A DNA stretch of 61,909 nt, the filler included, from a candidate division TA06 bacterium SM23_40 (GTDB lineage Bacteria; LJUI01; SM1-40): the NCBI GenBank assembly GCA_001303705.1. It is 5 parts of 5 records of this genome, joined end to end, with 100 filler letters (N's around TTAATTAATTAA, not from the genome) between each part and the next. Parts side by side here need not be neighbours in the genome. Positions count along the whole stretch, not along the records: positions 26,047 to 34,262 come from LJUI01000114.1; positions 34,363 to 42,456 come from LJUI01000115.1; 3 more parts are not named here. The stretch is one strand, 5' to 3'. The translations under genes and the position numbers were made by a program. The notes below the pieces were generated by a model. It was not told where the DNA came from. It was given only the letters and a program-made list of their open reading frames with translations, and searched no databases. Shown here in pieces: positions 29,309 to 39,391 of this stretch. Positions within the stretch are counted from its first letter, which is position 1; every line of letters begins with the position of its first letter.

Positions 29309-30217
29309 ATGCCTCTGACTCCGCAGGAGAAGACTATCGTCGAGCGCCGCCGCGTCCTCTGGATCTGGGGAGTGATCATCCTCGTGGGCGCCCTCGCCGC
29401 GCTTGTCGTCGTGCTCGTGGGGGTGATCGCAGTAGGTGGTGTGGGCCTGGCCGGCTATGCCGGGATGCACATGCTTGAGCAGCCGATAACCTGCACGATC
29501 TGCCACAACATGCGTCCGGCCGTTGAGTTGTGGAAGGCCTCGACGCACGCGGGGATCATCTGCGCCGAATGTCACAGCGAACCTGGACCTAGGGGTAGGT
29601 TCAAGGGCACGGTGCTCGCTCCGATCCGTGAGACGTTCCTCTACGTGACTGGCAACTACGGGAAGAAGCCGATGATCGCCGATATCCGCGACGAGAGCTG
29701 CATGCGCACGCATTGCCACAAGTCGCGACTCCTCCACGGTGAGGTCTCCTTCAAGGGGGTAGTCTTCGACCATAGCAGGCACTTCGAGTCTCTGTTGGGC
29801 GTCAAGCGCCTCCAGTGCGCCAGTTGCCACTCTGACACCGTGGCCGAAACCCATATGGCGACAACCGGGCAGACATGCTTCATCTGTCATTTGAGGGAGA
29901 ATGCCATAGCGGACGTGCCGTCGGGGTGTCCTTCATGTCATCGGGCGCCACCAGAACCGATCGAATTCCAAGGGACCGTCTTCGACCATCAGCACCCCAT
30001 CGTTCGAGACGATCCGTGTGAGTCCTGCCATGACAACATCTCGCGGGGCGGGGGGAGTGTGAATTCGGATCTGTGCGTCGAGTGCCATGGAGAGGCGCAT
30101 GTGGTAGAGCGGATATCGAACTCTGGCTATATCCATCAGCTCCATGTTGTAGATCACACAGTCAATTGTCTCTATTGTCACGAAGCGGTCACCCACGCGA
30201 TCGAGAAAGAGTGGTAG
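29309..30217 (+). CDS. membrane-anchored multiheme cytochrome c (NapC/NirT-like N-terminus), ~9 hemes
   Basis: N-terminal TM helix. Eight CxxCH motifs (CTICH, CAECH, CASCH, CFICH, CPSCH, CESCH, CVECH, CLYCH) plus CMRTHCH. Confidence 0.88.
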   Translation: MPLTPQEKTIVERRRVLWIWGVIILVGALAALVVVLVGVIAVGGVGLAGYAGMHMLEQPITCTICHNMRPAVELWKASTHAGIICAECHSEPGPRGRFKGTVLAPIRETFLYVTGNYGKKPMIADIRDESCMRTHCHKSRLLHGEVSFKGVVFDHSRHFESLLGVKRLQCASCHSDTVAETHMATTGQTCFICHLRENAIADVPSGCPSCHRAPPEPIEFQGTVFDHQHPIVRDDPCESCHDNISRGGGSVNSDLCVECHGEAHVVERISNSGYIHQLHVVDHTVNCLYCHEAVTHAIEKEW

Positions 30218-30444
30218 GTTTCCGTGCTCCCTGTGCCATCAGGCGGCTGCGCCACCAGGTGGAGGAGAGGATCTACCAGGGGATTGATTCATTGGGACGT
30301 GCGCCGGGAGCGAGCCAGTTGCTCGCCATCATCGGGGCGGGTTGTGAGGCATGTTATGCTGGTGCCCAGGTGGAGCCGGTGGCTGGTCGGGTGTGGAATG
30401 CCTGTGATCACGGTGAGCCCGACCGGGCGATTCTCGAAGTCTAG
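30218..30444 (+). pseudogene. decayed, frameshifted C-terminal continuation of the multiheme cytochrome
   Basis: CSLCH at 30225-30239 in a shifted frame. A third frame gives HQVEERIYQG...CEACY...WNACDHG...ILEV-TAG, resembling mutated heme motifs. Confidence 0.6.
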
Positions 30445-30573
30445 AGAGGGATCGATGCCGACAGGTCGCGGTCGGTGCCGACGTGGCCTCTGACATACGG
30501 TATCGCCGGCACAGCTCGGCTTGCCCGCGGGCTCTGGGCCTTCGTCATTCTTGTCGCGATCATAATCATACGC

Positions 30574-30602
30574 TTGACAGGGCCTGGCGCAGTCTCTATG
30601 AT
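30574..30602 (+). promoter_or_regulatory. sigma70-like promoter upstream of the hdr cluster
   Basis: TTGACA-17 bp-TATGAT. Confidence 0.6.
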
Positions 30603-30775
30603 AGGAGTCCTTGTCCCTGCGGGATAGCGGGATAAGTGGGCGAGATAGATGCTCCTGCAGGCGAGGAGCTGCTCTTCCGCCCGGATACCGATATGGCGGG
30701 CGGGGTGTTCGGGGCAGCGAATGTGGCGGACCTCCTCATCTCGAGATGGTCCTGAGAGATGTGCAGACGGATTAG

Positions 30776-31087
30776 ATGAGAAAAGCGGCTGGACTTGTGC
30801 GCGCGGCGAGACCGGCGACGACGCTCGCCACCTTGATCACACCGGGAGCGTCGGCCTTCCTCGCCGCGGGACAGGTACCTCCCCTGCGGAAGAGAGTTGG
30901 CGGCTTCGTGGCGGCAACGGTAATCGCCAGCGCGCGCATCTTCAACGATGTGTGCCGCGGCGAGACGGACTGGTTGGGCCGGCGCACGCGGATGCGGTCA
31001 TTGGCGAGGGACACCCGGGCCGCTCGCCCCGCGCTCATCTGGCTCTCCAACGAGCAAACCAAGGAGCACTACTGTGGAAATCACTGA
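30776..31087 (+). pseudogene. possible degenerate UbiA-family prenyltransferase N-terminal fragment
   Basis: 'VRAARP', hydrophobic segments, and 'IFNDVCRGETD..RR.R' resembling an eroded NDxxDxxxD motif. Overlaps the hdrC start. Confidence 0.3.
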
Positions 31088-31580
31088 ACTCGATCCCACC
31101 TTCAAGTTCGATGTGACTCGGGAACCGGGCGGGGAGCAACTCATGCGCTGCTTCGCCTGCGGCACCTGCACGGCGAGCTGTCCGGTTCGCGAGATCGACG
31201 AGAAGTTCAATCCCCGCCGGATAATCCGCATGGTGCTGCTCGGCATGCGGGAGGAGGTGTTGTCGAGCCAATTCATCTGGCTCTGCTCCACCTGCTATGC
31301 GTGCCAGGAGCGCTGTCCGCAGGACGTGCGGATCACCGAGCTGATGTCTGCGATAAAGAACCTCGCAGTCAAGGAGGGTCACCTTCCTGCCGCATACAAG
31401 ATGCAGCTCGAGCTCATCCGGAACATGGGGCGGCTGTACGAAATCGATGAGTTCGACAACAAGAAGCGCAGCAAGGCCGGTCTGCCCGAGCTCGAGAGCA
31501 CAAACGAAGATGTGAAGAAGATATTTGTCATGACCGGTGCCGATCGTCTGATCGGGGGAGAGGAAGGAGGTGGAGAATGA
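31074..31580 (+). CDS. hdrC: heterodisulfide reductase subunit C
   Basis: CFACGTCTASCP and WLCSTCYACQERCPQ (two 4Fe-4S). GTG start after AAGGAG. Confidence 0.92.
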   Translation: MEITELDPTFKFDVTREPGGEQLMRCFACGTCTASCPVREIDEKFNPRRIIRMVLLGMREEVLSSQFIWLCSTCYACQERCPQDVRITELMSAIKNLAVKEGHLPAAYKMQLELIRNMGRLYEIDEFDNKKRSKAGLPELESTNEDVKKIFVMTGADRLIGGEEGGGE

Positions 31581-32452
31581 AATACGCCTTCTATCTCGGA
31601 TGCGCTGCCCCGGTGAGAGGACGACACTACGAGATGTCAACCCGGAAAATAGCTGAAGGGTTGGGGATCGAGCTCGTCGATATCCCCGAGTTCTCCTGCT
31701 GCGGGTTCCCGATCAAGGGGGTCGCTCACGATACGTTCTTCCTGCTGTCAGCGCGAAATCTCGCCCTTGCAGAGAAGCACGGCCTGAACATTATGACGAT
31801 CTGCAACTCCTGCACCGGCGTGATGACGGAGGTCAACCATGAGCTGCGGGAGAACGAGGACCTGAGGAAGAAGACGAACAAAGCACTCGCCGAGTTGGGG
31901 TACGAGTATAAGGGCAACGTGGAGGTGAAGCACCTCATACGGGTGCTGTACGAAGATGTCGGCGTCGAGAAGATCAAGGAGAAGGTGAAGGTTGACGTCG
32001 CCGCCTGGAAGCTTGCGCCCCACTATGGATGTCACTTCGCCAAGCCATCGGTGGCATACAATCGGTTCGAGGATCCGGAGTACCCTCGTATCCTGAGGGA
32101 ACTCATGAGCGCAGCCGGAGTTGGCGTGGTCGATCACGATCGGGACAAGGCGTGCTGCGGCGGCGCCATCCTGGCGGTCGATGAGAATATCGCCCTTAAG
32201 ATGGCCGGCAAGAAACTCGAGAGTGTTGCAGGCGCAGATGGTGATGGGATCTGTCTTCACTGCACGTTCTGCTGTGTGATGTACGACGATAATCAGAGCA
32301 AGATCAACCAGGCGATCGGACAGGAGTACGTCATTCCAATCCTCTACTATCCGCAGGTTCTTGGTATGGCGATGGGCTATGATCCCAAGGATCTCGGCCT
32401 GAAGATGAACCGCGTGAAGACGAAGGAGTTGCTCGCCAGGCTCGAGTCGTGA
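31577..32452 (+). CDS. hdrB: heterodisulfide reductase subunit B
   Basis: YLGC, two CCG domains (SCCG, ACCGG), CNSC, HYGCH. Confidence 0.93.
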   Translation: MKYAFYLGCAAPVRGRHYEMSTRKIAEGLGIELVDIPEFSCCGFPIKGVAHDTFFLLSARNLALAEKHGLNIMTICNSCTGVMTEVNHELRENEDLRKKTNKALAELGYEYKGNVEVKHLIRVLYEDVGVEKIKEKVKVDVAAWKLAPHYGCHFAKPSVAYNRFEDPEYPRILRELMSAAGVGVVDHDRDKACCGGAILAVDENIALKMAGKKLESVAGADGDGICLHCTFCCVMYDDNQSKINQAIGQEYVIPILYYPQVLGMAMGYDPKDLGLKMNRVKTKELLARLES

Positions 32453-32488
32453 TGGGATCGGCATGCAGCCGGAAAAGGTGGAGCGATA

Positions 32489-33844
32489 GTGATGACGCAG
32501 GATAGCAGCGGAAGCGGACGGGTGTTGGTGATCGGTGGAGGCATCGCAGGGTTGACTTCTGCGCTCCAGCTGGCTCGCAGCGGCCAGGCCGTCGATCTCG
32601 TGGAGCGGGACACAGTGCTCGGCGGCCATGCCATGCTCTTCACGTGTAAGGCGACAGATCGTTGCCAGAAGTGCACTGTCTGCATGGTCAACGACCGCAT
32701 CAGGGAGATACTGGATGAACCGCTGGTGCGCGTCCGAACCGGACAGGAAGTAGTCGGCGTCGAACGAGCTGACGGCCGGTTTCAGGTGCGGCTGAAGAGC
32801 GCGGGAGCTCCCGTCGATGCCGCGAAGTGTATCGCCTGTGGACTGTGCACTGAGGAGTGTCCGACGACACCGGAACCCTCCATATCTCTCGCTTCCGATC
32901 AGGGGATGCCACGTGTGTACCGGGTGAGTGAAGAGACTTGTCTCGTCTATCTGGGCAAGGAGTGCGAGCGGTGTGTGGCGGTCTGTCCGACAGAGGCGAT
33001 TGCCTTCGGCAGAGAGAGGGAGATAGCCGAAGAGACGTACGGCGGGATCATCGTCGCGACAGGGTATCGGCCGTTTGCCGCAGAGAGGCTGACGCAATAC
33101 GGGTACCGGCATTTTCCCGATGTGATCACCGGGCTCGATCTCGAGATGCGGCTCCGGCGTGAAGGAAGGCTCACCCGGCCGTCTGACGGCTCGGTGCCCA
33201 AGCGGGTGGCATTTATCCAGTGTGTGGGATCGAGAGACGTAAAGCACAACCGCTACTGTTCTCGAGTCTGCTGTGCCTACGCCGTACGGTGCGCGAACAA
33301 GTTGAGTTATCTGGAGCCCGAGAGTGAGATTGCAATCTTCTATATGGATCTTCAGGCGTTCGGAAAGGATTTCGCGGGGTGGCGCGACAGGCTGCGAGGC
33401 CGCGTCCGTCTCGTGCGGAGCCACCCGGCGTTCATCGAGATGGCCCCCGAGGGAGGACTGAGGCTGGCCTACGAGTCTGTAGAAACCAACCAGATCGATC
33501 GGGAGCCGTTCGATCTCATCGTTCTCTCTGTAGGCCTCTGTCCGGGCTCCGATACCGCAGGGCTCGCCGAGATGCTGGGCATCGGACTCGATGAAGATGG
33601 ATTTCTGCTCGCGCGCGCTCGGGAGGCAGGCGGTCGATCCAAAGGAGAGGGACGAGGGGGTCTGGGGCCGGACGAGACGCTAACGCAGGTCCCGGGTCTC
33701 TTTCTCGCCGGGACATGTCAGGGACCGCGCGACATCGCGGGGAGCATCGGCCACGCATCAGCCGCGGCCGGGGCGATGTTGCACCACCTCCGGGGTTCAC
33801 AACTTGTGACGGTCGAGGAACGGGACGACGATGCCAGAGGGTGA
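32489..33844 (+). CDS. hdrA: heterodisulfide reductase subunit A-like flavoprotein (short)
   Basis: VIGGGIAG FAD motif, ferredoxin insert, IQCVGSRD, YCSRVCC, AGTCQGPRDI. Confidence 0.88.
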   Translation: MMTQDSSGSGRVLVIGGGIAGLTSALQLARSGQAVDLVERDTVLGGHAMLFTCKATDRCQKCTVCMVNDRIREILDEPLVRVRTGQEVVGVERADGRFQVRLKSAGAPVDAAKCIACGLCTEECPTTPEPSISLASDQGMPRVYRVSEETCLVYLGKECERCVAVCPTEAIAFGREREIAEETYGGIIVATGYRPFAAERLTQYGYRHFPDVITGLDLEMRLRREGRLTRPSDGSVPKRVAFIQCVGSRDVKHNRYCSRVCCAYAVRCANKLSYLEPESEIAIFYMDLQAFGKDFAGWRDRLRGRVRLVRSHPAFIEMAPEGGLRLAYESVETNQIDREPFDLIVLSVGLCPGSDTAGLAEMLGIGLDEDGFLLARAREAGGRSKGEGRGGLGPDETLTQVPGLFLAGTCQGPRDIAGSIGHASAAAGAMLHHLRGSQLVTVEERDDDARG

Positions 33845-34262
33845 TACGAAAACGATAACCGCACTGCTATGTCACTGCAAAGACTCCCTGTCGAGGACCC
33901 TCGACTACGAGGAACTCGCTCAGATGCTTCGACAGGAGAAAGATGTCAAGGAGGTCTCCGTTGTCGCCGGCCTCTGCCGGGAGACGGACCAGGCCTCGGT
34001 GAAGACCCTTCTCGAGGGTAAATCCGACTCCTCCGTTCTCGTTCTCGGGTGCTCGCCCAAACTGCTTGAGCCCTCTTTCCGACAGCTCCTGAGCGAGGTG
34101 GGGATCAATCCGCACCTCCTGTCCGTGGTCAACGTGAGAGAGGGGTGCGTGTGGGTTACGCCCGATCAGGGAGAGGCAAGGGCACGGGCGAGGAGAATGC
34201 TCCGCCAGGGCCTCCAGCGGGTGCGGCGCCTGGTGGCGATCGAGCAGGAGCCGGTCGCGGTG
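33831..34262 (+). CDS. second HdrA-like protein, N-terminal part (truncated by contig end)
   Basis: LCHC...LC...GCSPKLLEPSFR...NVREGCVWV HdrA N-terminal domain. Confidence 0.8.
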
Positions 34263-34362
34263 NNNNNNNNNNNNNNNNNNNNNNNNNNNNNNNNNNNNNN
34301 NNNNNNTTAATTAATTAANNNNNNNNNNNNNNNNNNNNNNNNNNNNNNNNNNNNNNNNNNNN
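34263..34362. other. artificial contig linker
   Basis: N-run/TTAATTAATTAA/N-run. Confidence 0.98.
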
Positions 34363-34692
34363 CGTAGGGGCGATCAGAGCCGGGATCGATGGCCAGCATC
34401 TTGTCGTTGACGGTATGGTAGACGGAGGATCCTCCCCGTACCGCGACATCTCTCGGGCATGGTCGTGGGACACGAAGTGACGGTTTGCTGCCGTCAGGAT
34501 GGACTGCGAGCATCTCGTCGCCTGAGGCACGGCTGACCGAGCTGCTCCCCGCTGCGACATCGGGGTGCAGGCCCAGGATGAGAAAGGAAAAGGGAGCCTT
34601 CGCGGGCAAGCCGTGGCCCAGGGGACTCTCGAGAGAGGTGTTCTGTTCGAGGCTCTCCTGCTGCGGCATGCCCCTGAGATACAACGTGAGAA

Positions 34693-34730
34693 GGGGACCT
34701 TCAGGCGAGATGCTATCTCCTGAGGTCCCC
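34693..34730 (-). terminator. strong hairpin downstream of fbp (possible terminator)
   Basis: Minus strand reads GGGGACCT-CAGG-AGAT..ATCT..CCTG-AGGTCCCC followed by TTCT. The U-tract is weak. Confidence 0.4.
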
Positions 34731-34789
34731 TCCACAGCGAGACACGGCCGCGCCTCACAGCGCGATCGTCTCGCACGCGCTTGAGGGTA

Positions 34790-35890
34790 TCAGACTTTCT
34801 CGAACCGGTCCTCGAGCTTCTCCATCACCCCGGGCATCGTCGTATATTCCATCTCTTCGAGCGGGAGGCGATGCGGCTCGAACGGCCCGTGGCGCCGCAG
34901 GTAGTCGGCGATATAGTTGGCCATCATCCGCGTATGGTCGAAGCTCGGGTCATCGAACATGTCGCGTGGCCCGACGAGCTTCCCATCGGCCAGCTGGAAT
35001 CCGGCACAGATGACCCGGGGCGGACCGTCGAACCGGGAGGGGTTCGCGCTGTCGAAGCTCGTCGGCATCAGAGGTCCCTGGTGCGACCCGCGCATCCATC
35101 CGGCGACAGCATGGGGGAAGGCGAATGGCTCTAGTACTTCACCTACGGCTGGTAGTCCGCTCTGGGCCCGAACGATGAGTACCGGATCGTCCTTGCCCAC
35201 GTACCTCCCGGCGATGAGCGCGAGCCTCTGCGTCGAAGAGACGGCGCAGATGTCATTGTCGCTCTTGCGATGGACCGATTGGATGATGTAGTACTCGGGC
35301 GCGCCGATGAGGACGAGGAGGTCGTACATTTCTTCAGGGCAGGAGAATGTGATGCGACGGTTCTTCATCACGTCCATCACTACGAAGTTGAACCCGTCGT
35401 GCATGCTCGGATCGATCACCAGACCCGCCGTGTTGAACGGGTCTGCGAACATCTTGAACACGGGATAGTTCCATGCCCCGGGGGAGGTCTTATCCGCCAT
35501 GAAGATGAGGATAGGCTCGGCCTTCCGCTCCACGAACTCCATCTCCGCGACCCCGGGGCCCATCCCCTTGACGTTTCCCGAGAACGCATCGCTCAGCAGA
35601 TCCTGCCCGGCTCCGTACAGCTTCAGCTTCTTGGCGACCTCAGTGCATTCGACGAAGATGTTCCAGGCGAGTTCGTGAACTACGGTCGCATCGGTGCCGT
35701 GTCGGTGGGTCATGATGAATTCGATATCATCACCTACCCTGGTGACATGGACGTCGATGAGCGTTCCCGCCTTCTTCGCCTTCCCCAGACTCGCCTCGGC
35801 AGTGGCGATCAGATCTGGATGCATGCTTGAATGGCCTACATAGCCACCGACATCTGCTTTGATTACCGAGACCGTAATCTTCTCTGCCAT
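34790..35890 (-). CDS. fbp: bifunctional fructose-1,6-bisphosphate aldolase/phosphatase (class V)
   Basis: SVIKADVGG..GH, KLYGAGQDLL.DAFSGN, DPFNTAGLVIDP, YVGKDDP, GWMRGSH, MEYTT. Confidence 0.95.
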   Translation of the reverse strand: MAEKITVSVIKADVGGYVGHSSMHPDLIATAEASLGKAKKAGTLIDVHVTRVGDDIEFIMTHRHGTDATVVHELAWNIFVECTEVAKKLKLYGAGQDLLSDAFSGNVKGMGPGVAEMEFVERKAEPILIFMADKTSPGAWNYPVFKMFADPFNTAGLVIDPSMHDGFNFVVMDVMKNRRITFSCPEEMYDLLVLIGAPEYYIIQSVHRKSDNDICAVSSTQRLALIAGRYVGKDDPVLIVRAQSGLPAVGEVLEPFAFPHAVAGWMRGSHQGPLMPTSFDSANPSRFDGPPRVICAGFQLADGKLVGPRDMFDDPSFDHTRMMANYIADYLRRHGPFEPHRLPLEEMEYTTMPGVMEKLEDRFEKV

Positions 35891-36278
35891 GGTTTCCTCC
35901 TGTTGCCTCGAGGTGATGAGGTGTGAAGACTGGCACTCATGAGAGAGACGCCGACTATCCGGGTTAGTGCCCCGTGCAAAGATCGCCCTTCTCGGTCGAT
36001 ACCCCGTATGGAGCGCGACCCTTCGGGAGAGGACACTATATCAGGGTGCGACTCAGAGTGTCAAGCCAAAACGGGGAGGCCGGGGATTTTCCCTGTCCGG
36101 ATGCGTCATTTGCGCTTGACACTGCTGGGGGGGAGTGGGGTATGATCGGTCTTTCGAGATATCTGGTTCATCAATGCCCGTCCTGCAACGATGCCCCAGC
36201 TTCCGCCCGCTTCCCTGCCATGGCCCCGTTGCCGCGGGCGGTGCACACAGGAAGCGCATGACCGAGGAGGCAGAGACG

Positions 36279-36752
36279 ATGGCCGATCTCGGGGTGTCGA
36301 TCGTGACGCTCGAGCCGATGCGCGTCGCCAGCGTCCGGGCGATCAGCGAGACTCCTGAGCGTGACGCGTGGAAGAAGGCGCGAGCATGGGCTCTGCCCAG
36401 GGGGCTGCTCGATGATGTCGAGGAGCACCCGGTCTTCGGGTTCAACAATCCGGATCCCTCGCCCCACCGCAAGGAGTATGGGTACGAGTTCTGGATCCGC
36501 ATCGGGCCGGAGATCGAACCCGAGGGTGAGATCGAGGCCAAGGAGTTCGCCGGCGGGCTGTACGCCGTCACGACGTGTGAAGTACGGGGAGATCCCTGGG
36601 AGACTATACCCGCCGCATGGAAGAGGCTCCTCGACTGGTGCCAGTCGAGCAGGTACAGGATGGGTAACCACCAGTGGCTGGAAAAGGTGCGAGACCCGCG
36701 GGCGTCGGAGGGAGACCTTGTTCTCGACCTCTATCTCCCGATCGAGGAGTGA
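36279..36752 (+). CDS. GyrI-like small-molecule-binding (AraC effector) domain protein
   Basis: LEPMRVAS, FGFNNPDP, YGYEFW, GGLYAV, HQWLE, LDLYLPI. GAGGAGG RBS. Confidence 0.8.
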   Translation: MADLGVSIVTLEPMRVASVRAISETPERDAWKKARAWALPRGLLDDVEEHPVFGFNNPDPSPHRKEYGYEFWIRIGPEIEPEGEIEAKEFAGGLYAVTTCEVRGDPWETIPAAWKRLLDWCQSSRYRMGNHQWLEKVRDPRASEGDLVLDLYLPIEE

Positions 36753-36881
36753 CGGGGTCAGTAGCAGAGGGATTGAATGCTTCGGCTCACACTGTGCGCG
36801 CGGGAGCGGTTCCCATAGCTCGGCCAGATCCTCGCCAGTGCAGTCGGGTCTCGCTGGGTCTCGGACCGGTCGGTGTGAACG

Positions 36882-37526
36882 ATGTGCGAACAGATCAGAG
36901 ACGATCTGAGGGTCGCGTATGACGCTAACGCGGCCGCCCGGGACGGTGCCGCCATCTCGGACTGGAAGGCGGAGGAGCGGGGGCGTTTTCTCGCTCAGCT
37001 CAAGAAGGAGAAGAAGACGAGGCTACTGGAGATCGGAGCGGGTCCGGGGCGGGATGGCGTCTTCTTCAGGGAGAACGGTCTATCGGTTGTGTGTACAGAC
37101 CTGTCCCCGGCGATGGTGGATCTGTGCCGGAACAAGGGACTCGAAGCTCATGTGATGGACCTTCTCGATCTCGACTTTCCCGCGCAGAGCTTCGAGGGCG
37201 TCTTCGCATTGAACTGTTTGTTGCACGTACCGAAGAGCGAGATCCGGGCAGTCCTGGCCGCTATCAGGGATCTGCTCGAGCCCTCGGGCATCTTCTATAT
37301 GGGAGTGTACGGGGGGAAGGACTTCGAGGGGATATGGCAGTACGATCACCATGAACCCAAGCGGTTCTTCGCCTTATATACCGACCGAGGCATGCGTGCA
37401 TTGGTGAGCGAGTTTTTCGAGTTGTTCTATTTCCGGAGGATAGGATTGGAGGGACCGGGGACGGTTCATTTCCAGTCGATGATGCTGAGAAATCGCGGCC
37501 CTGTGGAAAGACCGTCTGATCACTGA
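36882..37526 (+). CDS. class I SAM-dependent methyltransferase
   Basis: LLEIGAGPGRDG motif I, TDLSPAMV, NCLLHVP. Confidence 0.88.
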   Translation: MCEQIRDDLRVAYDANAAARDGAAISDWKAEERGRFLAQLKKEKKTRLLEIGAGPGRDGVFFRENGLSVVCTDLSPAMVDLCRNKGLEAHVMDLLDLDFPAQSFEGVFALNCLLHVPKSEIRAVLAAIRDLLEPSGIFYMGVYGGKDFEGIWQYDHHEPKRFFALYTDRGMRALVSEFFELFYFRRIGLEGPGTVHFQSMMLRNRGPVERPSDH

Positions 37527-37927
37527 AGGGGCGGATTCAGGCGAGGGGGCACGCCGCCCGGAGTGCGGTTTCCGCAGGGGCCGATCTGCCCTCCGGGGGC
37601 GTCCGCTTACCTGGCTGGCGAGAGCTATACCGGGGACCGCGGTGAGCGGTGCGGGCGCGGGCCTGACGTTCGCGGGGCCATCGAGAACGGACGCACTAAC
37701 TACTTGAAATGCCGGGACGATTTGTGGCAGAATGGGACAGACAGCGCCGGGAGCTGCTGCACCAGTGAGGAGCGAGGATCTGGCCGCGCTCCCGGGAGCG
37801 TGGCGGCGCCGGGCAGACCGATAGCCACGGCCTGCCGCGGGGGGTCTGAGCCAGCAGCCCGACCTCATGGACGGTGTCGTCAGAATGTGGTGTCGCCGAG
37901 GGCAGGGTAGGCGTACAGGAGAGTCGA

Positions 37928-39391
37928 TTGAATATACTGGAGCCGACCATCTTCGATCTCTCACAGGAGGGCAGGCAGGGCGCAGCGCTGCCGGATCTCG
38001 ACGTGCCGGAGAAGCCGCTCGAGGAGCTCCTCCCGGAGGAGAGCCTGCGCCGGGATCTGCCGCACCTCCCGGAGGTGAGTGAGCCCGAGGTGGTCCGCCA
38101 TTTCATTCACTTGTCGTCATTCAATCACCACATCGACAAGGGGTTCTATCCTCTCGGTTCGTGCACGATGAAGTACAACCCCAAGGTGAATGAGGTTTCG
38201 GCCCGGCTCCCTGGTTTCGCGCGGGTTCATCCGCTCGCGCCGGCAAAGACTGTGCAGGGCGCATTGCGGCTGATGCATGAACTTGGCGATCTCCTCTGTC
38301 GCATCAGCGGCCTCGACGAGGTGACGCTCCAGCCGGCAGCTGGAGCGCAGGGAGAGCTGGCCGGCCTGATGATGATCCGCGCGTATCACGACAAGCGCGG
38401 GCACAGACGGTCCAAGGTGCTCATTCCCGATTCCGCTCACGGGACGAACCCTGCGAGCGTCACGCTCGCGGGATACCGTTCGGTCCAGGTAGCATCGAAC
38501 GACCGTGGGCTCGTCGATATCGATGATCTGCGCCGCGCGGCAGATGAGGAAGTGGCGGCGCTGATGCTGACGAATCCGAATACCTTAGGCCTATTCGAGT
38601 CCGACATCGAGGAGATCGAGCGGATCGTTCACGGGGTGGGGGCGCAGCTGTACATGGACGGCGCCAATCTCAACGCACTCCTCGGGATCGCGCGCCCGGG
38701 TGACATGGGGTTCGATGTCGTCCACTTCAACCTTCATAAAACATTCTCTACGCCTCACGGCGGCGGCGGCCCCGGGGCCGGGCCTGTTGGGGTGAAGGCA
38801 CACATAGGACCGTTTCTCCCCGTCCCGGTGATCCTCCGGGACGGGGAGGAGTACCGCCTCGACTATGATCGCCCCGATTCGATCGGAAAGATACAGAGCT
38901 TCTATGGCAACTTCGGCGTGATGGTACGGGCGTACACCTATATCAGAATGATGGGAGCTCGTGGGCTTCGCGCGGTGAGCGAGAATGCGATCATCAACGC
39001 CAATTATCTGAAGCGGAAGCTGGAGGGGACGTACGATCTCCCGTACCCGCAACACTGCCAACACGAGTTCGTACTCTCCGGAAGGCGCCAGAAGGAGCAG
39101 GGCGTGAAGACACTCGATATCGCCAAGCGTCTCCTCGATTTCGGCGTTCACGCGCCCACCATCTATTTTCCGTTGATCGTCCCCGAGGCGCTCATGATCG
39201 AGCCCACGGAGACGGAGAGCAAGGAGTCGCTCGACGCGTTCATCGATGCGATGCTGACGATCGCCCGCGAAGTGTCAACAGATCCGGAGCGAGTTCGCAC
39301 TGCTCCCCATACGACACCGGTGCGCCGCCTCGATGAAGCTGGGGCGGGGAGGAAGCTAGATGTTCGGCAGCGAGCCGATCGCGGGGTATGA
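37928..39391 (+). CDS. gcvPB: glycine dehydrogenase (decarboxylating) subunit 2
   Basis: [52 protein letters not shown] start after AGGAG. Confidence 0.95.
   Translation: MNILEPTIFDLSQEGRQGAALPDLDVPEKPLEELLPEESLRRDLPHLPEVSEPEVVRHFIHLSSFNHHIDKGFYPLGSCTMKYNPKVNEVSARLPGFARVHPLAPAKTVQGALRLMHELGDLLCRISGLDEVTLQPAAGAQGELAGLMMIRAYHDKRGHRRSKVLIPDSAHGTNPASVTLAGYRSVQVASNDRGLVDIDDLRRAADEEVAALMLTNPNTLGLFESDIEEIERIVHGVGAQLYMDGANLNALLGIARPGDMGFDVVHFNLHKTFSTPHGGGGPGAGPVGVKAHIGPFLPVPVILRDGEEYRLDYDRPDSIGKIQSFYGNFGVMVRAYTYIRMMGARGLRAVSENAIINANYLKRKLEGTYDLPYPQHCQHEFVLSGRRQKEQGVKTLDIAKRLLDFGVHAPTIYFPLIVPEALMIEPTETESKESLDAFIDAMLTIAREVSTDPERVRTAPHTTPVRRLDEAGAGRKLDVRQRADRGV

Noticed and set aside
31074-34262. Selenocysteine recoding in the hdr genes
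   Set aside because: The visible Cys motifs use ordinary Cys codons, and no in-frame TGA interrupts these ORFs.
34363-34670. PQQ-type beta-propeller gene fragment (D.MLA..P repeats) on the minus strand
   Set aside because: Only two weak repeats at a contig edge and no convincing start; insufficient support.
34560-34780. Glycine riboswitch or 6S RNA downstream of fbp
   Set aside because: Only partial motif resemblance. A single strong hairpin explains the signal, and the gene context does not fit.
37530-37927. Glycine riboswitch upstream of gcvPB
   Set aside because: The GGAGA...CCGAAG...CTCAGG consensus elements were not found.
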